Source: Myxococcota bacterium | GTDB taxonomy: Bacteria > Myxococcota > JACRCW01 | Reading direction: 5' to 3' | Length of the DNA: 16,322 bases | Assembly (NCBI GenBank): GCA_040752415.1 | Contig: JBFMGU010000242.1 | Coordinates: 1 to 16,322, forward strand | In this document: positions 8,813 through 16,322 of the stretch, in pieces | Numbering within the stretch: position 1 is the stretch's first letter | Layout: each line of letters begins with the position of its first letter | The notes under the pieces: generated by a model | Told to the model about the DNA's origin: nothing | What the model saw: only the letters and a program-made list of their open reading frames with translations | Databases searched by the model: none | Made by a program: the position numbers and the translations under genes

Positions 8813-10159
8813 CTACTCGCTCTTGGGTGGCGGCGCGTTGAAGTCCGGCAACAGCGGGCTGCGGTCATTGCCACAGAAGCGCGCCCGCGACGGGAAACGC
8901 TGTCCGCACGTGGGACAAATCATGCCGCCCACCTGCGGGATGAACATGGTCTTGCGGCCGGACTCCGTGTTCAGCACCAGCTCCGTCCCGTCGTGGATGC
9001 ACTTGCCGGGGCGCTCGTACTCAAAGCCGCACTTGGGACACTTGTAGCCCTTCCCCGCCTCCGGCGGCTTGGCTGGAGCCACGGTCGCCGGGGGCACGGA
9101 GATGGGACCGTCGACGTCGTCGCTGGGCTTGCGGCGCCGGGTCATGAGCCACCCCACCACCGAGAGCAGCATCAAACCCACCGCGCCACCCGCCAGCCAC
9201 ATCCACGTGGGCGTGCCGTCGGTAGCCGGTGTCGTCGTCGGAGAAACCGGAGCTGCCGCGGCCACGGGAGCAGGAGCGCCCTCGTCCTCCTCCTGCGGTG
9301 TCTTGATGACGAACTCACCCGCCATCACCTCGCTCACCAGCTTGTTGATCCGGTGACCGCTGCGACGCGCGCTCTCGGCGAAGCTCTCCTTGATCCGCTC
9401 CCCCTTCGTCGCCACGCGCACGGCGGCGTTGCCGGTGGCGGACTCCAGCGTGGCGGTGATGCCCAGCACCATGGTGGACGCCACCTTGGCCGGCGCACGC
9501 AGACAGCTCCCCTCCACCGTGGCCACGCCCGCGGGCTCCACGGTGAAAGCAGGCTTCCCCGACGAGACCGCACACCCTTGCGCATCCATGGCCTGCACCT
9601 TGAAACAGACCTGGTTGCCGGGCTCCACGTCGGAGGTGGGCGGGTCCAGCACCAGCTTCACCGGTGCCCCCGGCTTCGCACACGGGTCATCCTGGCGCGC
9701 CGCCACGAAGACCATCTCGGTGGTGTACGCGTAGCGGCATGCATCCAGGTTCTGGCGGTCGCGCTTCTCGCCCTCGGTCACGTAACGCAGCTCCGTCGAC
9801 GAGCGCAGCTCGAACCGGTGCTGGGTCACCACGGGCGTGCCCGCCACCGGCGGCGCCTCGCACTCCACGGAGATGCGGTCTCCGTCGTGCTGGGTCTGGC
9901 GCGGCTTGAACTGGGGCGGGTCCAGGCCGCACGCACGCGTGGACAGGGTCTTGCCCGCGCCGGTCAGCGTGACGTCGTTGCCCTGCACCGTGAGCTGGTA
10001 CACCGCGCCGGGGATGCCTCGGGAGTCCCTGGGCTCACGCCCGCAGAACAAGCCCCAGCTCAAGACCTTCACGCGCGTGTGCTGACTCTGCAGACGCCAC
10101 TCCCCCGGCGACGGAGAGGCGCCCAGCAAGAGCAGTCCCAAGGTCACGGAGCCGAGCAT
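8813..10159 (-). CDS. Hypothetical single-pass membrane protein: secreted beta-rich/Ig-like ectodomain and cytoplasmic double zinc ribbon
   Basis: N-terminal signal-like segment MLGSVTLGLLLLGA; Cys-containing ectodomain; TM WMWLAGGAVGLMLLSVVGWLM followed by RRRK; C-terminal CPKCG..CIHDG and CPTCG..FCGND. Confidence 0.8.
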   Translation of the reverse strand: MLGSVTLGLLLLGASPSPGEWRLQSQHTRVKVLSWGLFCGREPRDSRGIPGAVYQLTVQGNDVTLTGAGKTLSTRACGLDPPQFKPRQTQHDGDRISVECEAPPVAGTPVVTQHRFELRSSTELRYVTEGEKRDRQNLDACRYAYTTEMVFVAARQDDPCAKPGAPVKLVLDPPTSDVEPGNQVCFKVQAMDAQGCAVSSGKPAFTVEPAGVATVEGSCLRAPAKVASTMVLGITATLESATGNAAVRVATKGERIKESFAESARRSGHRINKLVSEVMAGEFVIKTPQEEDEGAPAPVAAAAPVSPTTTPATDGTPTWMWLAGGAVGLMLLSVVGWLMTRRRKPSDDVDGPISVPPATVAPAKPPEAGKGYKCPKCGFEYERPGKCIHDGTELVLNTESGRKTMFIPQVGGMICPTCGQRFPSRARFCGNDRSPLLPDFNAPPPKSE

Positions 10160-10227
10160 CGGTGCCGGCGCATGTAGAGCCTCACGCCACGGCGTTCAAC
10201 GGTTGGTGGACCTCATGACGCGCAGCG

Positions 10228-10256
10228 TTGAAACACGATGATCCGCGTGGTAGCAG
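10228..10256 (+). promoter_or_regulatory. Candidate sigma70-type promoter for the SDR gene
   Basis: TTGAAA (10228-10233), 17 nt spacer ending TGG, TAGCAG (10251-10256). Confidence 0.3.
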
Positions 10257-10288
10257 CGCGCACGCACCGTAACCTCGAGGAGACAGAC

Positions 10289-11131
10289 ATGGGCATTCTG
10301 GACGGCAAGGTCTGCATCATCACGGGCGCCGGCAATGGCATTGGTCGGGAGCACGCCCTCTACTTTGCCAAGGAAGGCGCCCGCGTGGTGGTGAATGACC
10401 TGGGCGGCTCCCGCGACGGCAGCGGTCGCGGCACCAAGGCCGCCGACGAGGTGGTGGAGGAAATCAAGAAGCTGGGTGGCGAAGCGGTGGCGGACTACAA
10501 CTCCGTGGCCACGCTGGACGGCGCCGGCAACCTCATCTGGACGGCGCTGAACCGCTTCAAGAAGGTGGACGTCCTGGTCAACAACGCGGGCATCCTGCGC
10601 GACCGCTCCATGCTGAACATGAGCGAGGACGAGTGGGACCTGGTGCAGGCGGTGCACCTCAAGGGCACGTTCCTGTGTACGCGCGCGTTCGGGCGGGCGC
10701 TCAAGCAGCAGGGCACGCCGGGCAGCGTGGTCAACACCACCAGCCTCTCCGGGCTGCTGGGCAACTTTGGCCAGGCCAACTACTCGGCGGCCAAGGCGGG
10801 CATCTATGGCTTCACCAAGACGGTGGCCATGGAGTTCCAGAAGATGAACGCGCGCGTGAATGCCATTGCGCCGGTGGCGCTGACGCGCATGACCGACGAC
10901 CTGCCCATGCTCAAGGGCGCCAGCACCGAGGAGATTGGCCCGCAGCACATCAGCCCGGTGGTGGCGTTCCTGGCCTCCGACCTGGCCGAGGGCATCACCG
11001 GCAAGATCATTGGCGTGCAGGGCACCAAGGTCTTCGAGTACCGGATGGAAGTCACCGAGGGCATCCACAAGGCCAGCGGCGCGTGGTCCCCGCAGGACAT
11101 CAAGTCCAGGTGGGATGAGATCGTGAAGTAA
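10289..11131 (+). CDS. Short-chain dehydrogenase/reductase, 3-hydroxyacyl-CoA dehydrogenase (MFE-2-type) subfamily
   Basis: GAGGAG RBS before ATG 10289; TGAGNGIG, VVVNDLGG, NNAGILRD, GNFGQANYSAAKAG (YxxxK), VNAIAP. Confidence 0.93.
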   Translation: MGILDGKVCIITGAGNGIGREHALYFAKEGARVVVNDLGGSRDGSGRGTKAADEVVEEIKKLGGEAVADYNSVATLDGAGNLIWTALNRFKKVDVLVNNAGILRDRSMLNMSEDEWDLVQAVHLKGTFLCTRAFGRALKQQGTPGSVVNTTSLSGLLGNFGQANYSAAKAGIYGFTKTVAMEFQKMNARVNAIAPVALTRMTDDLPMLKGASTEEIGPQHISPVVAFLASDLAEGITGKIIGVQGTKVFEYRMEVTEGIHKASGAWSPQDIKSRWDEIVK

Positions 11132-11148
11132 CGCGCTTCACACCCCGG

Positions 11149-11203
11149 AAACACCACTGGCGCCCGAGCTCCTCGACGGAGAGCGGGCGCCAGCGTGTTT
11201 TTT
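11149..11203 (+). terminator. Rho-independent terminator downstream of the SDR gene
   Basis: CTGGCGCCCG (11157-11166) pairs with CGGGCGCCAG (11184-11193), with an inner CTCC/GGAG stem and outer AAACAC/GTGTTT, followed by TTTTTT (11198-11203); it lies between convergent genes. Confidence 0.75.
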
Positions 11204-11226
11204 CAGCGTGACAACCGCGGGTCACA

Positions 11227-12024
11227 TCACGGGGCCAGCGGCGGCGGCGTGGCACCACCAGGCATGCCCTGCTGCGGCATCTGGCGCTTGAGCTGGGTGA
11301 ACGGGTCCTCCACCTGCTTGAAGCCCTTGGGAATCTGCAGGTCCTGCGGACGGACCTTCTGCGGCGCCACCTTCTTGAGCTCCTGGCGCACCTCCAGGGT
11401 CTGCCCCTGCAGGGTGACCTTCATCTCGGTGAGGACGGGAACGCCTTCCAGCGCGTCCCACTGCTTCATGAACGCGTCGGCCTCCGGGCCGTTGCCCATC
11501 CACATCTTCACGCGGTTGCGCTGGTGGACGGGATCATAACCGGGGACGTTGGCGAACCAGAGCGTGCTGGAGAAGCCCTTGGCCTGTCCGCCCTCGATGT
11601 TGACCTTGACCTCGTAGGCGTCCCACTCGCCGATCTTCTTCCGGTTCCCGGTCTTCTGGAAGATGTTCTGCGGGACCTGGACCTTGCCGTCGGGGCCCAT
11701 CTTGACGCCGTAGGCCTGCACGGTGGCCATCCCGAACATGGCCATGTCCTGCTCCTTGAGCTGCCACCAGGTCTTGTCGGAGGGGTGGACGCCCTGGATG
11801 AGGTTCTTCCGGGTGTTGATGAGGATGACGCCGCCGGACTGCGGATCATCCGTGCGGACCATGTCCCCCTCAATCCAGGTCTTCACCGTGCGCGACTGCG
11901 CGGGCATCCCGGCGGCGCTCATGGTGTGCACCTCCTCCACGTAGACGCCGGCGTGGGCGGGGGCCGCCTGGAGCGAGAGCGCGGCGGTGAACAGGAGGCT
12001 GGAGATCATCAGTTGTGGCTTCAT
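11227..12024 (-). CDS. Secreted DUF4412-like protein
   Basis: Start ATG 12024 with GAGGGA RBS; signal peptide ending AHA; KTGNRKKIGEWDAYEV, STLWF, GVPV and DLQIPKGFKQV resemble the DUF4412/GLPGLI-like pattern. Confidence 0.7.
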   Translation of the reverse strand: MKPQLMISSLLFTAALSLQAAPAHAGVYVEEVHTMSAAGMPAQSRTVKTWIEGDMVRTDDPQSGGVILINTRKNLIQGVHPSDKTWWQLKEQDMAMFGMATVQAYGVKMGPDGKVQVPQNIFQKTGNRKKIGEWDAYEVKVNIEGGQAKGFSSTLWFANVPGYDPVHQRNRVKMWMGNGPEADAFMKQWDALEGVPVLTEMKVTLQGQTLEVRQELKKVAPQKVRPQDLQIPKGFKQVEDPFTQLKRQMPQQGMPGGATPPPLAP

Positions 12025-12156
12025 GGTCCCTCGACAGATGGGTGGTCCACCCAGGGGCAGACCCGTTCCGCAAGACAGGGTTTGGACGAACAACGGCGGC
12101 CCTTTATCGCAAAGCCCCGTCCGCGTCTGCCGGTGGAGCCCAGGCCAGCGGAATTG

Positions 12157-13596
12157 CTAACGGAGAATGGCGTCCACGGCTTTCCGGAGCTGGGCGAGGT
12201 TCTGGACCACCTCCACCTGGTCACAGGCGCGGGCGTAGACGGCCATCTCACTGTCGCCAAAGCCCCACGTGTTCCGGTCTTCCGTGCACAGCCACAGGAG
12301 CTTGCGCGCGCGCCGACGCATCTCGTGCAGCACCCACGCATTGTGCGGGTTGTAGTTGTTCCTGCCGTCGCCAAGGATGATCACCGTGGTGTTCCGCGTG
12401 ATGGCATCCATGTGCTGACGGTGGAACATCAGGAACGCGTGCCCGAAGTTGCTGTTGGCGTAGAGGTTGGTGACCTTGCCGGCCACCGTGAGGTCCACCG
12501 CCTCGTCGACGGAGTGGTCCTTGAAGAGCCTGGTGGCCTCCCCCAGCTCACTGACGAACACGAACGAACGCACGCGCGTGAACAGCTCCTGGAGCGTGTA
12601 GACCAGCTGGAGCATGAACATGCTGGCGTGGCGCACGGAGTCGGAGACGTCACAGAGCACGGCCAGCTGCGGCCGGTCCTTGGTCTTCCGACGGAAGTGC
12701 ACATCCACCGGCACCCCGCCCAGCCCCATGTTCCTCCGCAGCGTGTGTCGCACGTCCAGGTAGCCGCGGCGCTCCACGCGTCGTCGACGCACCACGCTCT
12801 TGAGCCGCTCCGCCAGCTGACGCACCACCTGCCGCATGCGCGCCACTTCTTCTGGCGTCAGGCGCGCAAAGCTCTTCTGCATCAGCGATTCCTTGCGCTG
12901 GATCTCGCGGGTGTCGCGCTTCTCCAGCTCCGCTTCCATGGCCGAGCGCGCGGTTTGTCGCAGCGCCGCCGCCCGCTCCTCGAGCACACCCATGGCCGCC
13001 TGCGCCGCCTCCGGAGGGAGCTCCTGGCCCAGCCGCTCACGCAGCGCGGCCAGATCACGGTCCAGCCCGTCGACACCGAGCCGGCTCATCAGCCGCTGCG
13101 CGAAGTAACCCAGCTGCAGACGGCTCTGCATGCCGCTGAGGTCCATGTCGCTGATGGCCCGACGCATGAGCTGCTGCAGGTGCGCGGTCTGCGCGCCCAG
13201 GATGGCCTGGGTGAGCTGGCTGAGCTGGCCTTCCATGTCCTGCAGGATCTGCATCAGCGCGGCCACCTCCCCCTCGCCGTGCATGCGCTCCAGCAGCTGG
13301 TCCATCAGGCTCTCGGCCAGCCTCTCGTCGGCTTCCACGCCGCCGGTGAAGAACAGGTCGAACAGGCGGTCAAAGACGGTGGCGTCGGCCATGCTCTTGA
13401 TGAGCGTGCTGCGCAGGGCGGCGCGCATCCCGTCGCGGGATTCGAACGCGGCGTCACCCATGACCTGCAGGGCCTGGAACGCGTCCAGCACCTCCGCCAC
13501 ACCGCAGCGCACGCCGTGATGGCGCAACAGCGAGACAAAGGCGTGGATGTTGGACGTGACGGCCAGCTGCGCGCCCGAGGTGGAAACCTGCTGCAT
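12157..13596 (-). CDS. VWA domain-containing CoxE-like protein
   Basis: N-terminal FVSLLRHHGV...EVLDA...LRSTL..FDRLFDLFF; LDVRHTLRRN...GGVP; MIDAS-like LCDVSDS; SNFGHAF; IILGDGRNNY. The start overlaps the rlmD stop (TGATG), so the longer 14118 start is an overlap artefact. Confidence 0.87.
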   Translation of the reverse strand: MQQVSTSGAQLAVTSNIHAFVSLLRHHGVRCGVAEVLDAFQALQVMGDAAFESRDGMRAALRSTLIKSMADATVFDRLFDLFFTGGVEADERLAESLMDQLLERMHGEGEVAALMQILQDMEGQLSQLTQAILGAQTAHLQQLMRRAISDMDLSGMQSRLQLGYFAQRLMSRLGVDGLDRDLAALRERLGQELPPEAAQAAMGVLEERAAALRQTARSAMEAELEKRDTREIQRKESLMQKSFARLTPEEVARMRQVVRQLAERLKSVVRRRRVERRGYLDVRHTLRRNMGLGGVPVDVHFRRKTKDRPQLAVLCDVSDSVRHASMFMLQLVYTLQELFTRVRSFVFVSELGEATRLFKDHSVDEAVDLTVAGKVTNLYANSNFGHAFLMFHRQHMDAITRNTTVIILGDGRNNYNPHNAWVLHEMRRRARKLLWLCTEDRNTWGFGDSEMAVYARACDQVEVVQNLAQLRKAVDAILR

Positions 13597-14951
13597 CACG
13601 CACGCCTCCGCAGGACGGCCACGGTCTCCACGTGCCAGGTGCGCGGGAACAGGTCCAGCACCTGCACGCTCTCCAGGTGATAGCCATGGCCCACCGCGCC
13701 GGCCAGGTCGCGCGCCAGCGTGGCGGGATTGCAGCTCACGTAGACCACGCGCGCGGGCCTGAGCGCCTTGACGGCCTCTGGCAGGACGGGAGCGCCACCA
13801 CGCGGCGGGTCCAACAGCAGCCGGTCCACCGGCCCCTCGACGGCGGAGAGCAGGTTCTTGAGCCGGTCCGCGTCGGCAACGTGGAGGCGGAGCTTGTCCC
13901 CCAGTCGCGCCCGCTGCGCGTTCTCCCGGGCGTGGCTCACGGAGCGCGGATACGACTCCAGCGCCACGGTCCGTCCCGCCGCGCGCGCCACGGGCAGCGA
14001 GAAGTTCCCGCAACCGGAGTGGAGCTCGAGGACACTCTCCTTGCCGGTGAGCTGCAGCGCCTCCAGCACCAGGCGGATCATGTTCTTGTTCTGCTCGCGG
14101 TTGCCCTGCGTGAAACACGCGGCGTCATGGAAGTACGGGCCGCCGGGCACGTCGGGCGCCACGGCGTAGCGCAGCCTGAGGTCGTTGCTGCGGGCAATGG
14201 TCTTGCCGTTGGCCACCACCTCCACGGCGTGGACGCCCGCGCGCTGCAACCTCTCGACGACGGGCCGCCACACGCGCGCATCCCCGCGCCCGCGCAGCTC
14301 AATGCACACGCCCACGCGCCCGCCCAGCTCCTCGGGCTCGCAGCTCAGGGTGACCTCGGAGGGCTCCTGCGGGACGGTGCGCAGCGCGGCGGACACCGAC
14401 GTCAAGGCGCGCTCCAACGGCGCCTCCAGCACCTGGCACGCGTGCACCGGGATGACCCCGCGCCCCTTGGCGGGGAGGAACCCCAGCACGCGCCCGTCGC
14501 CGTGCCGCTCCACGTGCAGGCGTGCGCGGTGGCGATAACGCACCTGTCTGGGCGAGGGCACCGCGGGCCGGAAGTCGACGTCGTCGAGGGAGAGCTTGCC
14601 AATGCGCGTGAGCGCGTCGCGGAGGATCTGCTCCTTGGCCTGCAGCTGCGCCTGCGACCCCACCTCGATCCACGGGCAACCGCCGCACGCGGGATGGAGC
14701 GCGCAGTCGGAGGCCACGCGCTGCGGGCTGGGCTCCAGCACCTGGAGCAGTCGTCCCCGAGCGAAGCGGCCCTGGGAGTGCGCGGTGACCTTCAGCAGGT
14801 CGCCCGGCACACCACCGGGGACGAACACGGCCAGACCATTGTGGCGCCCCACCCCTTCTCCGCCGTGGGCCAGGCCATCCACCCGCAGCTCCAGCGTGAG
14901 CTCGGGCCCACGCCCGGAAGGCGGTGCGGCGCGCGTACGACCACGTTGCAC
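13596..14951 (-). CDS. rlmD: 23S rRNA (uracil-5)-methyltransferase, RlmD/TrmA family
   Basis: TRAM domain (VDGLAHGGEGVG..VFVPGGVPGD); [4Fe-4S] cysteines C..HPACGGC plus HAC; FTQGN; SAM motif ELHSGCGNFSL; LDPPRGG; catalytic YVSCNPATLARD; DLFPRTWHVET. Confidence 0.92.
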   Translation of the reverse strand: MQRGRTRAAPPSGRGPELTLELRVDGLAHGGEGVGRHNGLAVFVPGGVPGDLLKVTAHSQGRFARGRLLQVLEPSPQRVASDCALHPACGGCPWIEVGSQAQLQAKEQILRDALTRIGKLSLDDVDFRPAVPSPRQVRYRHRARLHVERHGDGRVLGFLPAKGRGVIPVHACQVLEAPLERALTSVSAALRTVPQEPSEVTLSCEPEELGGRVGVCIELRGRGDARVWRPVVERLQRAGVHAVEVVANGKTIARSNDLRLRYAVAPDVPGGPYFHDAACFTQGNREQNKNMIRLVLEALQLTGKESVLELHSGCGNFSLPVARAAGRTVALESYPRSVSHARENAQRARLGDKLRLHVADADRLKNLLSAVEGPVDRLLLDPPRGGAPVLPEAVKALRPARVVYVSCNPATLARDLAGAVGHGYHLESVQVLDLFPRTWHVETVAVLRRRA

Positions 14952-14959
14952 GACGCCAC

Positions 14960-16322
14960 CTACTTCTTCTTCTCGAGCGTGAAATTCAGGTCCGCGCGGA
15001 AGCCATTCTCCTTGGTGAGCGTCACCGTCTCCCGGGCTTCCGCGTAGCCTGCCTTCTTCACCATCACGGTGACGGGTCTACCCACCGGCTGACCGCCAAG
15101 CAGGGACGGCGAGGGCACGTCCTGCTGCTTGCCGTCGACCCAGATCTCACAGCCCTTGGGCTCCGTCTTCACCATGATCTTGCCGGTGGCGCCGGCGGAG
15201 GGCGCGTCCTGCGGCGGCGGGACCTCACCCGTGTCCAGGATGGACATCACCACGAACACGCTCACCACCAGCGCAAACACCGCGGCACCGGCGATGATGA
15301 GGATGCCCTTGTTGGCGTTCTTGCGTGGCGGGGGCGGCGGCGGGACGTCGAGCGACGGCGCCTGCTGGGCCACGGGCACGGGCGCAATGACCACCGCCTT
15401 GGGCTTCTCCGCCGGCGGAGCCACCGCGGGCAGCGCCGTGGAGCTGGCGTCGCGCTTGACCGGTGGAAGCCGGGAAGAGCCGGGCGCGGCCCCCTCCACG
15501 CTGGGCGGCACAGCAACGGACTCCACCTCCCGCGTGGGCCGCTTGACGTCGCCGGTGGGGCGGACGCTGTCCTGGACCGGTCGCGCATCCGCGGCGGGGC
15601 GGGTCTGCGCGGCGGGCTTGATCTCCGCGGCGGGACGGATGCGGGGCGGTCCCAGGCCGGGCACCACCTCGTCGTCGGTGACGGCGGGTGGCGGCGGCGG
15701 TTCGGCGGCCTTGGGCGGCGGCGGGGCGGGCTTGGGAGGCGGAGGCTTGTTGCCACGCGGCAGGTTGGGTGCGGACTCCTCCGCGGTGATGTTGGCGTCC
15801 AGCGCGTGGGAGCCGTTCAGCGCGCCGTTCCCGTTGCGCGGCGGCGGTGTGCCGCGGGCCGCGGCGGGCGCAGGCGCAGCACCGGCACTGGCAGCCACGC
15901 CCCCGTCGGGGGAGGCGCCCATGCGGCTTTGCGCCAGCTTGGCTTGCAGGACCAGGCCGTCCAGGTTCCGCGTGGGAGCCTCGTCGAAGTCACCCGCGTC
16001 GCCGGAGCCGGTGTCCAGCGCGTGGGCGGGGCCGGTGCGTGCCTCGCTGGAGGGCTGGATGTCGCGGGCGCTGCGGTCGCGCGCGGCGGGCAGGTTGGGA
16101 CGCTTCCCGCCCTCCTCCGCGTGACGACGGAGCCGCTCCTCCTCGTAGCTCTTGAGGTCGTAGACCGGGATGGTGGCGCCGTCGTCCTCGGACCCGTGGT
16201 CCACCACGTCGTCGTCGCCGGTGCCCAGGTCCACGCCGGGGTCCGTGGGAACCGGAGGCGCCCTGGGAGGCGGCGTGGCGGGCTTGGCGGCGGCCGCGGG
16301 CTTGCTCGGCGCGGGTGTGGTC
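14960..16322 (-). CDS. C-terminal part of a Pro/Ala-rich single-pass membrane protein with a PEGA domain; 5' end lies outside the window
   Basis: The frame stays open from 16234 to the window edge (TTPAPSKPAAAAKPATPPPRAPPVPTDPGV...). Long low-complexity linker, TM ILIIAGAAVFALVVSVFVVM, and PEGA pattern VKTEPKGCEIWVDG...SP...V.VKKAGY. Confidence 0.82.
   Translation of the reverse strand, partial: TTPAPSKPAAAAKPATPPPRAPPVPTDPGVDLGTGDDDVVDHGSEDDGATIPVYDLKSYEEERLRRHAEEGGKRPNLPAARDRSARDIQPSSEARTGPAHALDTGSGDAGDFDEAPTRNLDGLVLQAKLAQSRMGASPDGGVAASAGAAPAPAAARGTPPPRNGNGALNGSHALDANITAEESAPNLPRGNKPPPPKPAPPPPKAAEPPPPPAVTDDEVVPGLGPPRIRPAAEIKPAAQTRPAADARPVQDSVRPTGDVKRPTREVESVAVPPSVEGAAPGSSRLPPVKRDASSTALPAVAPPAEKPKAVVIAPVPVAQQAPSLDVPPPPPPRKNANKGILIIAGAAVFALVVSVFVVMSILDTGEVPPPQDAPSAGATGKIMVKTEPKGCEIWVDGKQQDVPSPSLLGGQPVGRPVTVMVKKAGYAEARETVTLTKENGFRADLNFTLEKKK

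Noticed and set aside
8544..8841. Two small opposite-strand ORFs with shared peptides (MKHRPGS...PGRCFTSWRAHTP), superficially a toxin-antitoxin pair
   Set aside because: The similarity is a by-product of the DNA inverted repeat; there is no convincing RBS or hydrophobic toxin-like helix.
11524..13680. Long opposite-strand ORFs (718 aa here; also 174-1094, 1192-2625, 6199-7635, 7151-8455, 8798-10177, 13632-15047)
   Set aside because: They overlap genes with clear family motifs and have no motifs of their own; such shadow ORFs are expected in high-GC DNA.
13597..14118. N-terminal extension of the VWA ORF to 653 aa
   Set aside because: It overlaps rlmD in another frame and is Arg/Gly/Ala-rich nonsense; the CoxE-like sequence starts at about 13596.
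6977..14951. Two uracil C5-methylating enzymes (ThyX, RlmD) nearby, suggesting a nucleotide-modification system
   Set aside because: They are about 5 kb apart, on opposite strands, separated by unrelated genes, and both are housekeeping enzymes.

Overview
GC-rich, gene-dense chromosomal segment whose gene content (PEGA-domain membrane protein, double zinc-ribbon membrane protein, ECF module) suggests a Myxococcota-like bacterium; this assignment is inference. Left to right: a HadA/HadB-like pair of MaoC hot-dog dehydratases (the left one runs off the window); serS; a divergent ECF sigma / anti-sigma / Spy-CpxP-like periplasmic protein operon followed by an epoxide-hydrolase-like gene; a lipoprotein alpha/beta hydrolase and an MBL-fold hydrolase on the minus strand; a two-domain (tandem) ThyX; a ~240 bp intergenic inverted-repeat element; a membrane protein with cytoplasmic zinc ribbons; an SDR with terminator; a secreted DUF4412-like protein; and a minus-strand run of PEGA protein, rlmD and a CoxE-like VWA protein. 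No transposase, integrase, CRISPR array, tRNA or rRNA was seen. The most notable observations are (1) a 57-bp near-perfect inverted repeat with internally structured arms filling the gap downstream of thyX, (2) divergent MBL and thyX genes whose likely start codons share one CATG palindrome, (3) a tandem ThyX whose catalytic motifs are split between the two halves, and (4) a CnrHYX-like ECF module with a candidate autoregulated promoter. I did not find convincing evidence of a wholly new multi-gene system.
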